Below are positions 61,601 to 64,000 of a stretch of 64,000 nt of DNA, in pieces. Within the stretch, counting starts at the first letter, position 1; each line of letters opens with the position of its first letter. A program made the position numbers and the translations under genes. The DNA is from Ascidiella aspersa (Eukaryota). The notes under the pieces are model-generated. The model searched no databases and had not been told where the DNA came from. It saw nothing but the letters and a program-made list of their open reading frames with translations. The stretch is from contig OZ004611.1 in NCBI GenBank assembly GCA_963924565.1, forward strand, positions 21,452,001-21,516,000. Direction: 5' to 3'.

Positions 61601-63966
61601 TTTAGCAGTGTCTGACCTCATTTCCTAGCTTTACTAAACTATTATGTTGCTATACCAGAACAGTCTAAAGAAAATTTCGATTAAAAGGACATACTGGTTT
61701 GAACTTGTAGCGGAAGACTCCCGAGATTGTTACGCGCGTCTTTCACACCGATTGAGTACACGACGAAAGTGTAAACACCCCCCGGTCGCAGATCGGTGGC
61801 CCCCACTTGGCTGACGTCACTGGAGAGGGTCAGCTGATTCTCGAGCTCGGGACTCTCCATTGTGATGTCATAGCGGACAGCACCTGGGTTTTACATATTT
61901 AATTGTCAAACTCTTTAATTGCAAATATTTATAAGAAAAAAATATAAAAAAAAGTTCTTCAAGCAAAACAGCTGTTCATTTTGTTTAAATATTCAAACTA
62001 ATTAAAAATAAATAAAAAAGCAACATCTGTAAAATTTCAACGTAAAACACCCAATTCGAAATGAACATTCGTTTTCATTTAAAGTTTACTTTATCTAAAT
62101 TGTTCGAAAAGAATGTGCGTGTCTAGTTCAAGCATTTATATTTTGTACGTCATTGCATCAACATGAAATTCGACACACTAAGTTTTTTCTCACCATGAAC
62201 CACCTTCCATCCGATTCTCACGCTGGTCGTCGTAGTTTCCAAAACAGAAGGTTGCGGTGGACTATCCGGCACTATTGAAGATATACACAGATGTGATGTT
62301 ATAACTCAAATCTTAACTCATGGCATTAAGAGTGGTTAGAATGGCAACTACTAAACGCTAAAATGTGGTCTTGAATAAAATCGTGTACACATTTTTTGCG
62401 TAAATGGGAAAAGATAGAAAAAACGTCTCGTTGTCTAACGTGAAAATGCACCTAGACATAACAAAATACTACAACTGCAGTATCAATGAAACCTGAACAC
62501 ACATATGTGTGTTTACAACTGAAATCTAGCCCTTCTGAAGCTACTTTTTGACCAACGATTACGGCTTACATATCATTAGTATACCGAAAGCCATTGCAGA
62601 CTCTTCACCGAATCTGTCGATCAATGATGCAAGCAGGGCAGACTAGAAAAACAACTAGCTGCAGTGAGGTTCGAACTCACGACCTCCGGTCAAGCCGGGA
62701 CCGTCGCTATACCAACTAAACTATGTAGGCTCAGAAGGGAACGAGTCGAGAAACAACCATACGCCAATGCTTGCTCAATCTGTTAGTACAAGCAACTTCA
62801 AAAGTAGTTGCACATTCGGTAAAGAGTCTGCAATGGCTTTCGGTATACTGCAGTATCACCTTTTTATTTCTCGAATTGAAATCGTTGGTTCCACGGTGAC
62901 TTGAATGAATTTCGATATTGAAAACGAAACATGTTCTTACATGCCTTAATCTAAAGTAAAACCATACTTTCTCCAAATTACAACCCCCTTAAACTTTGAT
63001 GTCTATCAATCTCATATATATAAAAAATGCCGCATAAGTTTAATATTCGACTTACGCGTTGACTCCGTGATGACGACATTTTCGTCGCTTTCCCGGCCCT
63101 CCTGAATTCCCACCGATTTCATTCGGATGACGTAAGAGGTCCCGGGTCGCAGTGACGTCACAATCAGGGACTTGCCGGTCGTGGTAAGCTGCAATTCGTC
63201 ACTCGTGGAACCGTCTTCATTTTGGAAAGTGACGTCGCTCTCGGGTGAGGTGACGCGGAACGCGTAGTGTGACGTACCTAACAAGATGCAGTTGGGATTA
63301 AAACAAAAAATACAATAATTTTATTAAAATTCAAAATAAGTTGTTTACTACAAACATTAGACCCGTTTATAAGTAAAGAAAATGGCAAATATACCCGAAT
63401 CCGGAAAGAATAAACCCTTTTTAATCACACACAGTTCAACTGTCTGTGCCTTGATTTTTTGGGACGCACAAACAATTTTTTTCGGAGAAGACGTTACAAA
63501 AATGTGACATAACCTGACGTCATAAAACAAGTAATTGAAACCCTCTGTGCCCGGTGTAACTTGCGCGCACATATTTAACTGAAATTAATAATGAAATAGA
63601 GTCTATTGATTCGCTAAACTCGAAAATATGTTGCGTTATCCGGTTTAAGTTGGCATCTTTTCACCCTTGGTAAAGGGGTTACTTGTATAACGCCGGGTTT
63701 AAGATAAAAAAAACTTTAATCACCCCTGAAAATTGGTGGCGATCTTATTCACATAATAACCACTGGTCTGCCTGTTTTGACACTGAAAGCACAACAATGC
63801 TAATACCGTGCGACAAATTTTATACAATTTTTTTGGTCATTTTTTTAGTGTAGGAATAACTGACATGTTGCTGAGAAGTTCAACATACCGTAAGAACGCT
63901 TCCACTGAAATCCAATAGCGCTTGTCGTAATGTTGTCCACTTTGATCTGTGTTGCTTCTTTGGGAA
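493..63966 (-). CDS. Internal part of a giant multi-exon gene encoding ~63 tandem fibronectin type III domains (extracellular; receptor-PTP-ectodomain/fibronectin/tenascin-like architecture); both ends outside window
   Basis: About 118 exons with GT..AG boundaries, all phase 1-1 and all multiples of 3. A exons (78 bp) read like VPxxPxNLxVxxVTTxSxxLxWxxVxG. B exons read like GAxxYxV...GLxPGTxYxFxVxSVG...SxxxxxxT. These carry the FN3 hallmarks (B-strand Trp, C-strand Tyr, tyrosine corner LxPGTxY). The minus-strand ORF-track hits (e.g. 19534-20004, 22981-23358, 56313-56627) are these exons extended into introns. No other domain type seen. Confidence 0.93.
690..1000. repeat. Intronic tandem duplication, ~165-bp unit x2
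   Basis: TTCAAATTTGCCC...CTTAAGCGAAATGAATAC...TTAAGTTTTCTTGCATATAT...TTTAGCCAAAA occurs at ~690 and ~855. Confidence 0.8.
2338..2540 (+). mobile_element. 5'-truncated/inverted copy of the SINE-like family
   Basis: Shares CTTGCATCATTGATCGACAGAT and AGAAGGGCTAGATCACAGTTGTT, preceded by an inverted segment CCGAAAGCCATCGCAGAC. Confidence 0.6.
2761..2920. repeat. 82-bp tandem duplication spanning a splice acceptor
   Basis: GTTGCGTTGAT...GTAAGACCTTGCGCCTGG.TAA.TATGTAG occurs at 2761 and 2843. Confidence 0.8.
5571..5672. mobile_element. Foldback element with two inverted hammerhead-like motifs (Penelope-like pLTR remnant)
   Basis: Arms GTTATGAGATAGATATATTTCGTTCCTAAAAGCTTCATCGG and CTGATGATGCTTTTAGGAGCGAAATATATTTATCATATAAC are imperfect reverse complements. 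The plus arm has CTGATGA (5632)...GAAA (5652). Stem I is weak. Confidence 0.6.
8171..16767 (-). CDS. FN3 8-domain super-repeat copy (a-h), 3' copy
   Basis: Exons 8171-8356, 9001-9078, 9721-9912, 10021-10098, 10251-10439, 10782-10859, 11224-11412, 11883-11960, 12434-12625, 13147-13224, 13572-13760, 14473-14550, 15085-15270, 15761-15838, 15965-16147, plus the A part of fused exon 16690-16953. Confidence 0.88.
9142..9432. mobile_element. hAT-type MITE
   Basis: Termini CAGGGGT...ACCCCTG; 8-bp TSD GGTTAAAC/GGTTACAC. Confidence 0.7.
12740..13083. mobile_element. Degenerate DNA-transposon remnant with CGATAC/GTATCG subterminal repeats
   Basis: Clusters of CCGATAC/GTATCGG at both ends; right end TCGGACATCCCTA. 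Confidence 0.45.
14128..14362 (+). mobile_element. tRNA-derived SINE-like element
   Basis: Pol III box A TAGCTCAGTTGG (14172) and box B GTTCGAACC (14218). Body CTGCTTGCATCATT..ATCGAC..GATGGCTTTCGG..AAGGGCTAGA.. is shared with other copies. Confidence 0.75.
14842..15050. repeat. Intronic tandem duplication, ~120-bp unit x2
   Basis: GGATAATTTT.TAAAAGCATGTTT.TTGTAGAAATA.CCACAATC.AATTAGA...CATACGACCTA occurs at 14842 and 14962. Confidence 0.8.
16690..25298 (-). CDS. Four tandem copies of a 4-domain FN3 unit (a,f,g,h) with fused exons
   Basis: Exons 16690-16953 (B+A fused), 17470-17547, 17622-17813, 18218-18295, 18367-18555, 18877-18954, 19020-19202, 19647-19988 (A+B+A), 20210-20401, 20478-20555, 20629-20817, 20940-21017, 21083-21265, 21331-21672 (ABA), 21766-21957, 22026-22103, 22322-22510, 22609-22686, 22758-22940, 23004-23345 (ABA), 23487-23678, 23748-23825, 24274-24462, 24562-24639, 24711-24893, 24957-25298 (ABA). 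Confidence 0.9.
17093..17453. mobile_element. hAT-type MITE
   Basis: TIR CAGGGGTTCTTA...TAAGAACCCCTG; perfect 8-bp TSD GATTAAAC. Confidence 0.85.
19366..19468. mobile_element. Small TTAA-flanked MITE (Kolobok-like termini)
   Basis: TTAA-AGGTGGA...TCCACCT-TTAA. Related single ends at ~13463 and ~37424. Confidence 0.55.
21766..25639. repeat. Recent tandem segmental duplication (~1.7-1.95 kb unit) including introns
   Basis: Introns 22941-23003 vs 24894-24956 and 23346-23486 vs 25299-25447 are nearly identical, and exons 23004-23345 vs 24957-25298 differ at few sites. Confidence 0.9.
24009..24227. mobile_element. hAT-type MITE
   Basis: TIR CAGGGGTTCCCAACC...GGTTGGAAACCCCTG; TSD TTGTAAAT/CTTTAAAT; absent from the paralogous intron near 22285. 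Confidence 0.8.
25448..31874 (-). CDS. FN3 8-domain super-repeat copy, middle (its h domain lies in exon 24957-25298)
   Basis: Exons 25448-25639, 25780-25857, 25939-26124, 26276-26353, 26815-27003, 27316-27393, 27782-27979, 28113-28190, 28466-28654, 29264-29341, 30435-30623, 31016-31093, 31531-31713, 31797-31874. Confidence 0.88.
29510..29700. mobile_element. Foldback element with inverted hammerhead pair, interrupted on the right by a hAT MITE
   Basis: TTTCGCCTACTGGCATCGTCAGTTCC (29549-29574) is inverted relative to GGAACTGAAGATGCCAGTGTAGGCAAAA (29666-29693). Same family as the 59.2 and 60.3 kb copies. Confidence 0.6.
29538..29575 (-). ncRNA. Minimal hammerhead ribozyme motif, intronic, sense to host pre-mRNA
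   Basis: Minus strand reads GGGAA-CTGACGA-T-GCC-AGTA-GGC-GAAA-TAT-ATA-TTTCT. Intact core, stem II GCC/GGC, palindromic ATATAT, AUA triplet, stem I with GU wobbles. Confidence 0.65.
29710..30208. mobile_element. hAT-type MITE with internal GGAGCC/GGAGCT hexamer arrays
   Basis: Perfect 15-bp TIR CAGGGCTGGGGAGCC...GGCTCCCCAGCCCTG; perfect TSD CTTAAAAC; internal ~39-bp tandem units. Confidence 0.88.
32469..40951 (-). CDS. FN3 8-domain super-repeat copy, 5' copy
   Basis: Exons 32469-32657, 32805-32882, 33349-33540, 33610-33687, 34436-34624, 35156-35233, 35763-35951, 36537-36614, 36977-37165, 37777-37854, 38010-38198, 39066-39143, 39370-39561, 39663-39740, 40205-40390, 40874-40951. Confidence 0.88.
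33821..34463. repeat. Local duplication of exon 3' end, donor site and intron
   Basis: 33821-34126 is similar to 34226-34463, including AACTCACTCGTCGTTTCAAA. Confidence 0.8.
34858..34957 (-). mobile_element. tRNA-derived SINE-like fragment
   Basis: Minus strand GTAGCTCAGTCAGTAAAGCGACAGTCCC...GAGGTCATGCGTTCGAAC. Confidence 0.65.
35547..35590 (+). ncRNA. Minimal type I hammerhead ribozyme motif (Penelope/retrozyme type), intronic, antisense to host gene
   Basis: AACC-CTGATGA-AG(tcagctggtatctgctg)CT-GAAA-C-GTC-GGTT. Intact CUGANGA and GAAA cores, stem I AACC/GGTT, stem II AG..CT and CAGC/GCTG, palindromic ACGT in place of stem III, GUC cleavage triplet ending at 35586. Confidence 0.75.
37200..37395 (-). 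mobile_element. tRNA-derived SINE-like copy (extra tail fragment at ~37476-37525)
   Basis: AGGTTCGAACTCATGACCTCCGGTCA box-B region; GAAAGCCATCGCA body. Confidence 0.7.
39901..40054. mobile_element. MITE with 25-bp TIRs and ~9-bp TSD (Mutator-like)
   Basis: GGCGCTGGGCTAGAATCCTACCACA...TGTGGTAGGATTCTAGACCAGCGCC; flanks TAACAAAAA/CAACAAAAA. Confidence 0.7.
41710..41935. mobile_element. hAT-type MITE
   Basis: CAGTGGTTCTCAACC...GGATGAAAATCACTG; perfect TSD CTGTAAGG. Same family as 54264-54538. Confidence 0.82.
42073..43295. mobile_element. Non-autonomous hAT (Charlie-like) element, ~1.2 kb
   Basis: TIR CAGGGGTTACCAACC...GGTTGGGAACCACTG; perfect TSD CTCTAGAG (NTCTAGAN target typical of Charlie hATs). 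No intact transposase. Confidence 0.82.
44449..54027 (-). CDS. FN3 exon block, 10 more divergent domains
   Basis: Exons 44449-44634, 44997-45074, 45635-45823, 46011-46088, 46554-46748, 47393-47470, 48061-48240, 48885-48962, 49461-49655, 49781-49858, 50080-50265, 50645-50722, 51112-51312, 51697-51774, 52455-52646, 52866-52940 (75 bp), 53214-53396, 53478-53555, 53658-53849, 53950-54027. Confidence 0.88.
46821..47282. mobile_element. Degenerate hAT-type MITE
   Basis: CAGAGGTTCTCAACC...AGTTGAGAACCATTG; TSD eroded. Confidence 0.55.
52052..52217. mobile_element. Small MITE with ~20-bp TIRs
   Basis: CTGCGTTTCAATTTATATA...TGTATAAATTGAAACGCAG. Confidence 0.6.
54264..54538. mobile_element. hAT-type MITE
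   Basis: CAGAAATTCTCAACC...GGTTGAGAACCACCG; perfect TSD AGTTATAG. Confidence 0.8.
54586..63966 (-). CDS. FN3 exon block (5'-most in window), 7 domains including d,e,f,g,h-type domains
   Basis: Exons 54586-54771, 55963-56040, 56429-56620, 56998-57075, 57501-57695, 58025-58102, 58899-59087, 59562-59639, 59987-60184, 61076-61153, 61695-61883, 62194-62271, 63056-63277 (222 bp), 63889-63966. Confidence 0.88.
55293..55880. mobile_element. hAT-type MITE (young)
   Basis: Perfect 15-bp TIR CAGGGATGTCCAACC...GGTTGGACATCCCTG; perfect TSD GTTTAAGC; subterminal GCGGCCC repeats. Confidence 0.9.
58259..58575. mobile_element. Degenerate hAT-type MITE
   Basis: Left TIR CAGCGGTTCTCAACC and GTGGGCC subterminal repeats; right end eroded. 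Confidence 0.5.
59208..59510. mobile_element. Foldback element, degenerate inverted hammerhead pair plus shared 3' tail
   Basis: Long inverted arms AGATGATCTTAAGACTATTTATAGAAAACAGGT...ACCTGTTTTCATAAACAGTCTTAAGATCATCT. The tail TGATACGAAA..AAGAATCTTTCTTTTACATTTTA.TGTCTGCGGGAGATTCCTTACT is shared with 60544-60620. Confidence 0.65.
60300..60621. mobile_element. Foldback element with inverted hammerhead pair plus shared tail
   Basis: Arms TTTCGTCTATAAGGCATCGTCAGTTTTTGTACAAAAAGCAAATATGT and ACATGTTTGCTTTTTGTACAGAAACTGACGATGCCTTATAGGGGAAATATATGTTTCTG. CTGACGA at 60450, stem I CAGAAA/TTTCTG. Confidence 0.7.
62490..62848 (-). mobile_element. tRNA-derived SINE-like copy with inverted duplication at its 5' side
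   Basis: GGTTCGAACTCACGACCTCCGGTCAAGCCGGGACCGTCGC; ~34-bp inverted repeat at 62579-62612 / 62815-62848. Confidence 0.75.
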
Positions 63967-64000
63967 CTGTAAGACGGTTGGCATTAAATTGGAAGCACGA

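Noticed and set aside
4006-63522. Calling individual TGACGTCA sites functional cAMP-response promoter elements
   Set aside because: They lie in internal coding exons with no promoter context, so they are reported only as a collective enrichment.
493-63966. Assigning a gene symbol (FN1, TNXB, PTPRB/PTPRQ, USH2A, TTN)
   Set aside because: Only FN3 repeats are visible. No diagnostic FN1/FN2, EGF, fibrinogen, laminin, Ig, TM or PTP domain is present, and I noticed no RGD.

Overview
AT-rich animal genomic DNA. Short introns and a strong TGACGTCA excess suggest an ascidian/tunicate, which is an inference. The whole window lies inside one very large minus-strand gene whose start and stop are outside the window. 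By hand I traced about 118 GT-AG exons, all phase 1-1, alternating a 78-bp 'A' half-domain exon with a 180-222-bp 'B' half-domain exon. Together they encode about 63 uninterrupted fibronectin type III (FN3) domains (~17 kb CDS, ~5,600 aa), rich in N-glycosylation sequons. The domains form a nested 2-/8-/4-domain super-repeat, with a recent tandem expansion at ~17-25.6 kb, precise intron losses and apparent long-range gene conversion. Introns hold many non-autonomous DNA transposons (mostly hAT MITEs with 8-bp TSDs), a tRNA-derived SINE-like family, and foldback elements carrying minimal, Penelope-type hammerhead ribozyme motifs, often as inverted pairs. The most notable signals are the intronic hammerhead foldback elements, about 65 TGACGTCA palindromes concentrated in exons in two reading frames, the hierarchical FN3 super-repeat, and a possible internal promoter or alternative N-terminus in the largest intron. 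All coordinates and counts were made by eye.
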